A stretch of DNA of 64,000 nt. Source: Azolla caroliniana (lineage: Eukaryota; Plantae; Polypodiophyta). The position numbers and the translations under genes were made by a program. The notes under the pieces are model-generated. The model searched no databases and was not told the origin of the DNA. It worked only from the letters and a program-made list of their open reading frames with translations. Below, piece after piece: positions 14,525-27,910 of the stretch (position 1 is the first letter of the stretch; the number at the start of each line of letters is the position of its first letter). Where the stretch lies: NCBI GenBank assembly GCA_043228905.1, contig JBHGNT010000016.1:18786001-18850000 (forward strand). Direction: 5' to 3'.

Positions 14525-14809
14525 AGAACATAAACTCTATTCAAAATAACACTCTGAAAACTCTGTATATACAACGTGCTAAACAACACTATTTATACAA
14601 GTCCATAAAGGACTGACAGGTACTTCAATATTCCTACGTGCGACTGACACTAACTATGAGACAATGATTACCTAGTAGTCTAGGCTACTACCAAGCTTCC
14701 GGTTCCCGCTCGAATCCGGCTCTCCAATCCGTCTCCCTAATCCGGCCAGTTGTTTCTGGATACCATCCGGCTCATCCTTCCAGATCCGATTAAGCTTGCT
14801 CACTCAACA
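9042..14809 (-). mobile_element. Ty1/copia element with both LTRs (family A, copy A2), inserted in the family B LTR
   Basis: LTRs 9042-9524 and 14375-14809; degenerate PBS ~14363-14374; PPT 9525-9536; CCCT on both flanks; decayed gag-pol similar to A1. Confidence 0.93.
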
Positions 14810-15502
14810 CCCTAAATAGGGAAAAACCACGGGAGCCCACAAACTCCAATTTATCACTATATGAGAAAGGTACAATCATAGACTCGAAGGCAACGACCTC
14901 AAGCTGTGTATCTTCGCCAAGCGGCGGTTACAATAGAGTATCGCTCTGTGTCTCACACACTCTCTCTCTTTGTCGCTCTCTATACAATATGGTCTCAACA
15001 ACAATTGACAACAACTCTCTCTAAATGATTGCCCTAAGTCATATTTTACTTATATGACTTTTAGGGTATTTCCAAATATAGCATCAGTGGGCTTACTCTA
15101 ACATATTTACAAATATGTCCCATCTTCCGTTTCTCACCGGGTCCATCCGATCCAGTTTCTAGATCTGGTTCCTTCATCCGACTTGTCCAATCCGGCTCCT
15201 CTGGTTCTCATCTAGATCCCATCCGAATTCCCAACACAAAAGGGGTAAAAATGTTTCAACCCCTCTACTCGGAAGGTTCATGTGAGTCGAGATGTATTCT
15301 TTGACGAATCGGCATCATGGTACAAACCTGAGCCGACTCCTCCCGAACCATCTACGAACGACCTTGACAACATAGAAAATGATAATCAACTAAGGTCAAT
15401 AGATTCTGGGGAGAGTCCAATCTCAACCAGATTGAGCGGACCACAAGAGCCTCCAAGCAGCCAAAGCACATCTCGGTCATTATCATCCTTTTTGCGCAAT
15501 CC

Positions 15503-17982
15503 TTCATATTTTCGAAGACCATCGGACTTAACATTATCATCTACCACAATGCCGACTTCATGCAAGCATTGACGTCATAGGCCTGGATGTAGCTTCACAC
15601 CAAACTTTTGTTTGACATCCAAATACTCGTGGTGGAAGAACCTTATACGCTCAATCGATGACATTTTCTGCCTATAGTCATTATCGTTATTGTGGTTCCA
15701 TGCCAACAGCTTTGCCTCTTCAGTTGTGAGACCCACGTAAATTTTGCACTCGGCATACTTCAAGAAGAAAGTCGTTGGATGTTCTCTCACAAGTTGCCGA
15801 CGTGCCTCCTTTGAATGCGATCCACCAATGACAAAGTAATTATATTGATCATGCTTTCTTATATCAAAATCTTCAATGGTTTCACATTCTTCAGGATCCA
15901 CCATAACAATAAAAGGCACAACGGTAGCATGAGGATTAATTTTCATTTTTTTCTTGAGATTTTGAACATGCATTCGGTGTGGCTCTCTAATCTCAAGTGG
16001 TATTCGTCTTGTTTTTTCATCAATAGGGGGCTGATGGATGTGTGTTATAGGCAAATTAAACACTTGCCCTTTCCTGACCAGTTTACACTGCATTAACTCT
16101 CTCCGTATCTTATTCTGCTCGGATGACAACACACCCGATGCCAACTCAGGTCCTGGCATCCCCTTAGTGTCCTCATCTTCGTTTTCACTTGATGAGTTGG
16201 AGTTCAACATTTTGGTGGTCTTGATTGTACTTTAGATGCCCTTTTTGTTGCCTTCACTAGGGAGGGCAATGGCTCCCTTCGAGTTACATGGCCTTGTATA
16301 TAAGGCCTCAAGGTAACAATAAGGTTTTGTGAGCTTTCTAGATCTTCTTTGAAAGCTTCTGGCCCACAAGATTCCTTTACTAGAAGATCTTCAAAAAGGA
16401 ACACTTTACGTACCCCCTTAGAGCACTCTATCATTACAAGTATGTTGACCGAATCTGCATCTTCGTAGTCAAATCGTAGAATACGGCCATACATAAATGG
16501 GGTTTCATTTTCAAGCTTGCCCTCGCCCTTCTTCTTTGTTGTATACAATACGACTTTTTTCTTGGAGTCGACGTATTGCATACACCATTCCTTGTCCGTT
16601 AGATCACGGTCAGGAAGGTCTTCACCACCAGTAGCTGCTAATAGTTTCTTTTGGCTAACCTCAATGGGTGGTTGAGATTTTGTCTCCTCGTTGAAGAGAA
16701 GCTTTTTTCCTCTCTTCACGTTCTCGAGAGCTATTAGGGTCTGTGTTTCAACAGGAGAACCATGTATGCGGAGCTTTATCTTCTTCACAGGTTGGTCCGA
16801 GAAGTTCTCAAACGACTTATTTAAGAAAGGACATGCGAAAACATAAGTTAGGTGGTCACGTAGATTAAGGTTGTATATTAAAATACAAATAATTAGATGA
16901 AGACATAAACTAGCAGGCGATTTGTGGTAAACTATAAATATTAATCATGCATTGAGTGAACGTGGTAGTCCTTTATTCAGAAATCCATTCTAGTAAGGGC
17001 GATTCAACTTAGAAAATATATATCTTAATAAGTATACAAGGTTATATATTGTCTTGAAGGGTAGGTATGGCTTATATTGATTCCATATCCATATTTTAGA
17101 GAATTTGCATATGATAGACTTGAATTTGGTATCGTAAAGGTAATTTGTAGGTTATTTTCTACTATTTTAAGTTATACTAGGTCATAAAACCTCCATAATT
17201 AAGGGCCCTATTTGTTACAAAATAAGGCAATTCACCCTAAAAAAAGACTGATTTTGACAGAAAGTTTGATATCTTTTCACACAATACTAAATTGTTGCCC
17301 CAAAGACAGAATATTCCTCTTTAAAGTTCTTGTTTTATATAGGAACTCGATACGTCGTATCGTGTTCCTGTATATAGTTCGTGTCTATACATGAAATCGA
17401 TGCACGGTATCAAGTTCGTGTATCAAACACATACTTTACATAAGAACTAGATACGGTGTATCGAGTTCCTGTATAAAACAAGAACTTTATACAGGAACTC
17501 GATACGTTGTATCGAGTCCATGTATAAAACACAAACATAATACAAGAGCTCGATACGTTGTATCGAGTTCCTCTGTAAAAGAGTTACATAACACAGGAAC
17601 TCGATACGCCGTATCGAGTTCCTGTTTAAAACACACATTATATACAGGAAAATACAAACTGTGTACAGGAACTCGATGCGGTGTATCGAGTTCTTGTTTA
17701 AAACGCAAACATAATACAGGAACTCGATATGGCGTATCGAGTTCCTATTTAAAATGCAAACATAATACAGGAACTCAATACGACGTATCGAGTTCCTGTA
17801 TAAAACCTAAACTTCACACAAGAACTCGATACGTCGTATCGAGTTCCTGTATAAAGTTTGTGTTTTATACAGGAACTCGATACGGTGTATCAAGTTCTTG
17901 AGTGACGAATCATATTTACAAAAATGTCCACAGTGTCAGAGGCCTACCTCGAGTCCTAGCGCTCGATTCTCTTTGAAGACAT
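15503..17982 (-). pseudogene. 5' part of the ParB-like/methyltransferase cargo gene (copy 1; MTase exons lost)
   Basis: Predicted exon 1 with ATG at 17982 (MSSKRIER*, TAG where copy 2 has CAG); ORFs 16204-16788 and 15575-16210 including ...PFIVMVD...YFVIGGSHSKEARRQL...VGLTTEEAKLLAWNHN. Confidence 0.75.
17341..17899. repeat. array of ~11 palindromic 29-bp units AGGAACTCGATACG-N-CGTATCGAGTTCCT, ~51-bp period
   Basis: Units read directly at ~17341, 17391, 17442, 17492, 17544, 17594, 17667, 17718, 17769, 17820 and 17871, with A/T-rich ~22-bp spacers. Confidence 0.95.
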
Positions 17983-18814
17983 GGTTGATCTTGTCGAAGT
18001 GGAGGCGGAGATCGCGCTTTCGTGCTTCGTGCTTCGTGCTCTGTGTGCTCTTGTGTTTCGCGTGACTGAAATATGACGAGGTCTTCCTATTTATAGGGAT
18101 TGACCACAGTGGTTAAAGTAACCACAGTCACTTTAACCAGGGTTGGCAAGCTTGAGGTTAGTTAGTTAGTAACCACAGTCACTTTAACCAGAGTTACTTA
18201 TGATTGCATCAATGATTACAAAGTCAAACGAACATATTGATGAATATTTTATAGTCAAAATAACTCACAATGACTTTGAAGGTCATGAAGGAAACAATGA
18301 TAGAGGTTCATGAATGAACCAATGATTGATTACTAAAAGCAATATTTTTATGACTCTTAATTGCTTTGTATTAAAGATGTGGGCATGAATGAACTAATGA
18401 TTGAAAAGTCCTATATTTAAAATGGTGGGCATGAATGAACCAATGACTGAGAAGTTCTATATTAAATATGGGTGCCATTAATTAAGCAATGATTTTAACT
18501 TTAATCCAACATATATATGGCTTGGTAATGATTGTAATTATATTATAATTGATTTAACTTCATACAGACTAGTTTAAGTAATTATTAATATGTTGAATAC
18601 ATTTATTATATTAAAAATAATATTTTTTATGTATTGTATTAATATAATATTAAATAATATAGACATTATATTAAGGGAGCTTCTGTTTTGAGAGGAATTT
18701 ATGTTTTGAGAGGAGTTTATGTTTAGAGAGGAGTATATGTTTAGAGAGGAGCTTATCAGTTTTTTGCCTTAACCTAAGCACATAACTTAAAGAGCTTTGT
18801 GTGGACCTTAAGCC

Positions 18815-21730
18815 ATGAGTGAAGATTCAACGTTCTCAATTGAAGAATATTGTTTGTCATCAGACTCTTCGTTTTCTACCGAAGAGTATTGTTTGTCAAC
18901 AGACTCACCATTTTCTATTGAAGAATATTGTCTGTCGACAAACTCACCATATTCTATCGAAGAGTATTGTCTGAGCTCATCTTCATCTACAACGAATGTG
19001 AATAATGACACATGTGAAGAGTTCTCTATTGAAGAATATGATATTAATAAAGATACGGAGAATGAAGGTAGTGCCAATGAAACATCGAATATCATGGGCG
19101 ATGGTCACAACAAAGAATTGGATAGTAACAAGGTTACACCAACTTCTATGCAGGAAGAGAAATTTGGAAGCCCTATGCATATTAGAAGAATCCCACGAAG
19201 AATTCGTCTGGCTAGATTTAACTTGGTGACATCAAATAAACAGATTGGATTTGATGTAAAAAAAATATGTTGTGCCCATGGTTGTATGTCTATGATTGGA
19301 AAATCAAAGTTGCGAGAATTAAGGCGATACTATTTTTCGATGACTGGTGATGAGCAAGACACTTACCTCGGGTCACATATGCAACTAGTGTCTGACAAAT
19401 GTACGGGGATCAAAGTATCATTCGAGTATTATATCTTCCATGCGCAACAGATATGCAGAGTTGCATTCAAAATTGCATTATGTGTTAGTAACATGCGGCT
19501 ACATAGAGTACAACAACGTCTACTTAGCGGGGATCAAATGCTCAATTGTAAAGAGGTTCCAAGTATGAAAAGTGCAATTGGAAGACATGTTATTGGTTGG
19601 ATGAAAAGTTACTTTCAGTTAAATTGTGAAGTAATGCCCACTACAGGTAGGATGCACCTCTCTAATAATTACACACGTCGAGAAGTTTATGATGTCTATC
19701 GATCTAATATGGTGGGCTCACGTAATAAGTCTGTCACATATAGCCAATTCACAAGATTATGGAGAGCTTGGTTTTCAAATGTTATCATTCCACGTAAAGT
19801 ACGCATGGGGTATTGCTCCATTTGTGCAAATCTTAAAAGTTTGGCTAAAGGTGCAAAGACATCAATGGAAAAGGATATGAGTAAGAAGTTACTACAAGAG
19901 CATCGTGAGGCACAATCGTTAGAACGAAAGAAGGAGATGCATCATAGAGAGAAGTGTTTGAAGAGGCCCGAACAATACATGTGCTTAATGATAGATGGCA
20001 TGGACCAAAAGAAGACGTGCTTGCTGCATATGCGGAGGCTCCCCAAAGACGTCAATGATGAGTGCCTTGTTCAAATGCACTTGGTGGGATGCTTGGCTTA
20101 TAATAGGTCTGTTGTACCTCACGTCTTCATTACATAACCCAATGTTCACAATGACCCTAACCTAACAATTACAATGATTCACCGAGTTTTGATGTCTTGG
20201 GGCCAACCTTTCCCCCCTATTCTATACATACAATTGGACAATACTGCTAGAGAGAACAAAAATTCAACTGTGTTTGGCTATCTAAGCATGTTGGTCAACC
20301 AAGGATTGTTTAGAAAAGTGAAAGTCAATTTTCTTTTGGTTGGCCACACACATGATCATATAAATCAGATGTTTAGCACATTCTCCAGACAGTTGTCTCG
20401 ACATGATGCTTTCACATTACCTAAACTATTTGATGTCATTTGTGATGCATATACACCACGCCCAAAAGTGTTACACTTGAAGGAGGTATATGACTTTAAG
20501 AGATATATATCAGATGGGGGTGTTGGGAATGTTAAAGTGCTTGCCCAATTAAACAATATAAGCTTCAATCACATTTTTATGATAAAGAAAAATGAAATAA
20601 GTGGTTCTACACTTTTGTATGCTAAACAATATTCATCTTTTACAACATGAGAACCTAAAGGTGGTTGCCAGTTATTACTTTGTATGCCAAGTACAATTGT
20701 CCATGGAGCTAAGCAAATGCCAATTGAGAGTGGTTCTACACTTTTGTATGCTAAACAATATTCATCTTCTACAACATGGGAACCTAAAGGTGGTTGCCAG
20801 TTATTACTTTGTATGCCAAGTACAATTGTCCATGGACCTAAGCAAATGCCAATTGAGAAGAAAGGATAGTTGTAGAGTGACTTGGTATCGGAACAAAAAC
20901 GGTTATGGCTCCAAGCCTTAGAAGAAAAAAGAAAGCATATTGAGGCCGCCAAGAAATATGCCGCACAACAAGACATGTCATGGTGGGATGTATTTTATAG
21001 TGATCAAAAAGGAATTATAGACAATTGTGTATTTGGTGATAATTAGAATTTGGAAACGCCATTCACATGGTCGCTGCAACATGATCGTGTAAATAGAACT
21101 CCGGAGCAACCAACAAGTGTGATTAATGACAGTTTGGTCCATCGACAACAAAGAGACATTTATGTGGGACAAAGGATGACCAAAGTAGTCGAAGTTAGAT
21201 GGCAAGGCAATTTGCAAGAGCTCACGGCGGGGATGTTGATTGCAACGCCGGCTGATGAGAACTCACATGGCCACCAATTTTGGGTTGGTAAAATTCTAGA
21301 AGTGCTAATGCATGAAATAGAAAACATGATCAAGTCTATAAACGTTCATTGGTACAACTCTAGAAGTGCAAATGCTTTTATAGGTAAGTATACATTAGAG
21401 ATGATTGAATGCACAACAAGAAGGGGAGGTAGGAAGAGGAAGCGAAACATTCGTAACACCTCGACCCTTGATATCTCTGATGTGGATATCATCATGTACG
21501 ACTTCACACTTACAAAAGCCGGACCATTAAGGAAGTCAACAATAGATATAATAAAAGAAAAATTACCAGGTCTACAAGGTGGCTCCAGTCAAAGGCAAAC
21601 GAGATCTGTTACATATAATCTAGAGTCAAACCATTTGGTTTATGACGAAGATAATGCACAGATTGGTACATCCAAGGATGACGAGGAGGAATCATCATTG
21701 TATATTAGTTATAATAGTGATTCTCCGTAA
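18815..21730 (+). pseudogene. DD(D/E) transposase, Sola1-like / DUF7869-type
   Basis: Motifs CLMIDGMDQKKT, YIQLDNTARENKN, FLLVGHTHDHINQMFS and upstream Cys clusters (CCAHGC, CSIC); in-frame stops (e.g. TAA 20135) and a 129-bp tandem duplication 20601-20858. Confidence 0.8.
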
Positions 21731-23457
21731 AGGAATGATCATGAATGTATTTTTGGCTATTAAGTGTAACTACATTCCGCTTGTAACAAATTGAGTAATA
21801 TAAAAGCATGTGTTTTGAATTCTTATGATTTCTAAAAAATCATTTCTTATAAAATAACATTGGTTGTAAAGTTTGTGATATAAATTGAGAATGTAACTTT
21901 TTGAAATTCCTCTTTTTTTAGTTACTTCTAAATCACGAAAATAATGGATTTTTAACCTTTTTCATAGTATGTTTGAACATGTATGATACTGGTATCAATG
22001 TGTTTTGTAAAATCATTGAAAAAGCCCTAAAATCAACCAAAATTTTTCTTATCCTTCTATTTATGCGTGATCCTTGCACTTGTGAACGCGAACGTGTTAA
22101 CAATTCTCTCTATGTTAGAAGCGATTCTGGAAGCTTGATTGTCATCATCCTATACATGGATGATCTAATCATTGGAGGTGAGCATCTAGTCGACATCAAC
22201 AAGGTCAAGTCCCTCTTCTCTAGCAAATTCAAGATGACGAAAATGAAAGAGCTTCACTACTTCCTAGGTATGGAAGTAATTCGGACTCTAGTCGACATTA
22301 TGATCTCCCAACGGCACTACATCCTCAACTTGTTATACAACTTCGGGATGACTAAGTGCAAATCTATGGCAACTCCTCTTGATCGAAACCTGAAACTAGA
22401 TGTTGACTCCGGCATAGAAGAGTGTGAGCGAACTCACTATTGTCAGCTAGTCGGTAGCCTAATCTACCTCACCATTGCTCAACCCGACCTTAATTATTCG
22501 ATCTAACATCTGAACCAATTCATGTACGCACCTCACGATATCCATCTGGACTGCTCGGAGCGAGTACTCAAGTATGTAAGTGGGACAATGGATTATGACA
22601 TCCTCTACAAATCGGCCACACCAATTCGATTTGAGGGGTACACAGATGCCAACCGTGTCGGTTATAAGGCCTATAGACGATCGAACCCCGGATTTGTTTT
22701 CTCCCTCGGCAGTGGAGCAATATCGTGGAGCAGCAAAAAGCAGGTGACATTCACACTTTTTAAGCATTGAGGCCGAATACAAGGGGATACTTAAGAGGAT
22801 GTGAAGTTGTATAGCTCAAGAGGATACTTACGGATCTGGACATCTCCATCAACAACCCAATCTTGCTCTATTGCGACAATCTCAATAGTGTCCATCTTGC
22901 TCGAAACCCCCTCTTCCATGCTCGGACAAACACATCGAGGTGCATTACCACTTCATAGAGGGTGTGTCCTTGTAGGGGATGTCGACCTTCAGCACATTAA
23001 GACCAATCTTCAGATAGCCAACATCTTCACGAACACTTTGGGTACCGACAAGCTTCGGCAATTTTCGACTGAGCTTGGTCTTTCGACCTATGCCTTGCCG
23101 AGCTTGAGGGGGAGTGATGGCCGACCTGACAACTGACTTAGTCATGACATGGTGGAGCTTGAAGGGGCAAGTTGAGAATCAAACTCAACCTAGTCTAATG
23201 TGTGAACAAACCCTTTGAGAATGTATGAGCATTTAAAGGTCAAAGGTCACCAGTGACCACTATGTGTCATAGAATCATATTCTATGACACATAATTAATG
23301 AGGTTCCACATTCCCCATGACACATGAGCTTCTATAGTTACTAGAGAGAGAGTGGTCGTTTTAATGTAGAGAGAGGGTGGATTTATATAAAGCACCCTCC
23401 TTCCTTTGTATTCGTTGGTTGTTTTCTATTGTATTTCTTCCTCCTTGTTAAAATTAT

Positions 23458-23902
23458 TGTCAAAGTGAACGTGCGGAAGCGTTTGACAAACCGGCTCAAC
23501 CGGATAGCAACAGAAGATGAAAGGAAAGCTCAATACACACAGAGAGTACGCGTACGCAAGAGAGACAAAGAGAGAGAGAGTAGAACATAAACTCAATTCA
23601 AAAAAATAACACTCTGAAAACTCTTTGTATATAGAATGTGCTCAAGGAGCACTTTTATACAAGTCCATAAAGGACTGACAGAAGTACTAGTAGGTACTTC
23701 AATGCTCATACGAGCGACTGTCACTGACTCCCAAAAATATGCCTACGTACTAGGCTGGATCTAACGGCCTACCGGTTTCATTCCGATCCGGATTCTAGTT
23801 CCGGATATCATCCGGACATCGATCCGGTTCTCAAATCCGGATACCGATCCAGCTCTGGCTTATTCAGCCGATCCGGATCCGGTTGACCTTGCTCGCTCAA
23901 CA
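23458..23902 (-). mobile_element. solo LTR of family A type
   Basis: TG..CA, perfect 5-bp TSD ATTAT (23453-23457 / 23903-23907), similar to the A1/A2 LTRs. Confidence 0.92.
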
Positions 23903-24012
23903 ATTATACATTTGAGTTCTTTATTTCCTATCTGTCTTGTGTCTCTTCTCTCCTCTTTCACACACACATCTCTAATCTATTCCGCATAACATAATTACTC
24001 TAGCTACGCATT

Positions 24013-25672
24013 TACACATCTCAAGAGTTATTGATTTTGAAAATGATTGTGATTGATTGCAATAGTTCACCAACTTGCATGGAAGAGTCTATCACCTAAG
24101 CCTTAGTGCATCTTTTTGGTAAAAGATTCCACCTAGTCCCCCTTATGTATACTGCGCTAAAATTCCAACTTATAAATTGATTTGCTTCTATATTAAACAA
24201 ATTAACAAAGAAATGTTTCTTTAGCCACGTCTTGTAAGAGGACTACCACAAATGAGACATGACTTGGTTGAACTTTCCAAAAGATGTCTAAGTTTAATGC
24301 ATGATGATTATAAGCTAGATTCAATACATTTCAAAAACTAGCTAGATTCAATGTATTACAAATAGTACCTTGAGTCAACACATTTGAATAGTTACTGAGC
24401 ATATGACACGTGCATCATGTTTAGTGATGACAAATATGTGATAATGACAAGAGACAAGAGGCACATTAAACAATAGGCATCTCATATATGTGTTCCCATC
24501 AACCAGAAATTATTTTAAGTCTTTTTATTGTCTTTGAAGTTTTGGTAGTGATATCAAAACATTGTGTGCACAACACGATGTTCAGTGTCAGTTTTCTAGA
24601 TCTATGTGAATACCAAATATAATTCATCCAGTGATATGTAGTGTTTGTGTTTCATCAACCTCACTAATTTTAATATTCTTCAACTTTTGACATTCTTCAA
24701 TAGCAAAGGGAAGATAAATAATTGTTATATTACATGGTAGGTGTCTTTTTATTGTAGAAACAACGAGAATATCAGTGTCTTGTTCATGACTTGCATTTTG
24801 TATCTACATGCAATAGTGAAAATATATGCTTCAAGAGAGAGGAAGGCTTGGGGGCGGGGGGAGGGGGGGGAGAGGAGAGCGAGATAAGTGGCAATTCCTT
24901 TTTAATGCATAGGAGGTTGCACATCATTGTCAAATTTTGTAAAACATTGAAAACAAATCCAACTCTTTCACTTTTTTATAAGGTAGATTGTGGACTCTCT
25001 TTTTTGGTCCTATGACATGCCCATCAAGAAGCACAATTTGAGTTTATTGCAAGAAACAAAATGCACAAGCAACTAAAAGAAATTGTATTGTTTAGGTAAA
25101 TCACTCATTACTCATAACTTGCACAATGCTCTTATAGATGCAATAGAAATGCTCCTCCTTGCACATAATCTCTCAAATATCCGACAAGCTTATGAAAAAG
25201 GTCAACGCATGTCATGATACTTCAAAAATGCCATACAACATGGACTACCAATATTTGTTCTGACAAATGAAACCCACGAGCCAAGTAATTGTTCATCGTC
25301 TGGAAGTGTGTGCGGCATGCCTTAAAATGTGAGGATGCTATAGGTAGGCATGAACTTAGGGACAAATTCTAAAGGCTACTTTTGATGGTTTAAAGGGTGG
25401 GATATAAGAGGGAAACCAGATATCCAAATAAAACTTGGGACAAACCCATAGGAACCTATGAAACATGTGGCCATCTGTTGAGCCTAAAGAGTTGGGCAAC
25501 ATAATCAGTTTCTTGCTTTATAATTTGTCCATAAAGTTACGTTTATACTTCTTTTCATCTGACTCCTAATCCTCTCCTCTATAATCTTCATCAAAATCGT
25601 CTTTAAAGTCCCATTAGGTTGTTGTCTACGCCAACCCCTTGCCCTAAAAATAGTAGGTCTTACTTTCCTCGT
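24013..25672 (+). repeat. local duplication: 24013-25297 matches 31545-33072; 25298-25672 matches 30112-30509
   Basis: Direct sequence similarity read by eye; non-coding. Confidence 0.85.
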
Positions 25673-25834
25673 TATGGCATGGTAGACTATTGCACTTGAG
25701 AAAAACTAGCATCATGTAGTTATCTAAGACTACTTAGATCTCTTCTATTTTGACCATCAATTTTGTGGCCATTTCCAATACTGTAAACATACTACATCAC
25801 CTCACTTGACTAGCACACAAAGAATCTAAACCTC

Positions 25835-26260
25835 TCAATTTAGTTCATTCCGACTTTTGTGGACCCACGCCACATCAATGGTGCCTCATAATTCCTTACG
25901 TGTATCGATGATCTAACCTAGAAGGTGTTGGTCTACTTGATGAGGACCAAAGACAAAGCCTTTGCTTCTTCCTATATTATTTGCAATGGTTGAGAATCAG
26001 ATAGACCGAAGTCTAAAATGCTTGCGATTTGATAATGGGGAAGAGTATAAATAAGATGGATCAATAGTTTTTTGCAAACAAAGAGGTACCCAATGTGAAT
26101 TAACCACACCCTATAGTCCAAAGTAGAATGGCATCACTAAAAACATCAACCGAGTAATTCAAGAAAGAATTAAACATTGACATGATGAAGCACTTCAATC
26201 TATCTTATGTTTCTAGTATGAGGCTATACTCACTACAATGCACACAATTAACATCAAGAT
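25835..26260 (+). pseudogene. highly decayed copia integrase fragment
   Basis: LVHSDFCGP, CLRFDNGEEY and TPYSPK*NG motifs. Confidence 0.65.
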
Positions 26261-27226
26261 AACTTGCAAGAGCTCCAAACTAGTCTTAAGTACATGGCCA
26301 TGTTAGACAGGAATACAACATCCATTTAACCATCAGTTTCATCTTTAGAAATTAGGAAGTCCTCACCGCTGAGAAAAAACCTGACTGACTACATGAAATT
26401 GTTTCTCTATGCGCCTACTTGAGGCCATTTAGACTCTTCTTGAGTTGGCAAACTAGATGTTCCTAGCAAGATGACGTGAAACCTTTTGGTGTGCACCTTA
26501 TATATTTCTTTGTCTAGATCACCATAGAGGAAGGTCGTAGAAGAAGCTTCAAGTCCCCAACAACTAATAGCTCAATAAGAATCAACAGGTTGTCATTTTC
26601 ACCACCTATGAAAAGATCTCCTCAAAATCGACTCTTGGGCATTGTGGTTCTAATTCCTTGCACCTTTGTTATGTACGTGTTAACTTATTATCTAATTGAT
26701 GTCCCTTACCATTTTTAATGACTAGGATAAACAAGGTTGCATCTAACTTGTATAATGATTAAACTTGCATATGTGCAATGTGCAAAGAAGAGGTACACAA
26801 TCTTCATATTATGAAGGCATAAATCTTGTGAAATTCGGAAGGTTAACACACTTTTGTACCTATGTAAAATGTAATACCTTTCGTATGCAACTCCCAACTT
26901 CACGATCGTACCATAATGAAAAAAGCTTTTGTGCCAACCCACAAATTAGGTCGTTCAACAATCAATGTCAATAAAGGTACAAGTAGGTTGTCCAAAATGG
27001 CTAGCATTGCTAAAGCACACAGACCAAATGATTGGGTATGTACCTTTATTTCATAAAGACTTCAAAAGTTCATTAAAAAGCTTTGAAACTACAAACATGG
27101 GGAACTAATCATTTATTCATAAGATGCGTACATGGATATATAGCATAATTGCACATGAGGGTGAGGCACATTTATATCTAGCAAGGAGCTTTAGAGAGGG
27201 ATAAGGTATGAAATGTCTTGAAGATT

Positions 27227-27845
27227 TTAAACGAATCGGTCAAGATAGTCATCAGCAGAAGTATACTTGACATCAGGGTAGAGTGAGGTAGCCTCGACAT
27301 CATTGGGTCCAAGATCGAAATTTGTTTGCTCCCCTTTGAAGACAATGCTATGCAAAATAGATGGAAAAATGTTCCCTGGGAATGGAGTACCTACAATGGG
27401 CCAACATCACGTCATTTGAACGTTTTACTAAACGGAAACACACAAAAGTGAGAGTAAAAAATTTAGAGAAAAAAAAAACGCGTTTAGGGGCATACCCTCG
27501 ATCTTCTTCACATATTCTTCCTCAGTCACAGTTATTTTCTCCACGGTTTTTCCGATTTTCTTTTCCCACTTGTCAACCAGCTCGTTCAAGGTAACGATAT
27601 TTGCCGATGGCCGAATGTGGAGGGTCTTATTCACGGCTCTCGGATCGAATGCAGCTTTGATTGTGTAGGTTCCGATGTCTTCCTCGTGGGCAGCAATAAC
27701 TTGAAAAAGGAGTGAAGTAATAACATTGATATGAGATTTCTTACAAATAACATTGATATGCATGACATTTCTTAGGGCCATCCATGGATATTTCTTTCCT
27801 TCATACATACATATACATACATACATATAGATACATACATATACA

Positions 27846-27910
<65 letters not shown>

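Larger units (their letters stand above)
5564..15236 (-). mobile_element. Ty1/copia element (family B), disrupted by nested insertions
   Basis: gag (FKLTGSNYPVWKSKMRDMLVVKDLW, 8530-8889), PR (WVVDSGASFH), INT fragments 5564-5948 and 6562-7124; PBS 8877-8888; LTR split into 8892-9041 and 14810-15236; highly similar to the element at 60590-64000. Confidence 0.88.
15503..22098. mobile_element. TIR DNA transposon, Sola1-like, copy 1 (left end deleted; left boundary approximate)
   Basis: Right TIR ...CACTTGTGAACGCGAACGTGTT ends at 22098; collinear with and similar to 51760-57542. Confidence 0.9.
15237..23991 (+). mobile_element. Ty1/copia remnant (family C) interrupted by a DNA transposon and a solo LTR
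   Basis: INT C-terminus (KCFNPSTRKVHVSRDVFFDE) 15237-~15476; RT/RH (LYMDD, SWSSKKQ) 22099-23115; PPT-like tracts ~23103 and ~23158; probable 3' LTR ~23170-23991. Confidence 0.8.

Noticed and set aside
21973-22506. Chimeric ORF spanning the TIR into RT
   Set aside because: Chance read-through from the transposon end into copia RT; starts at a non-ATG codon
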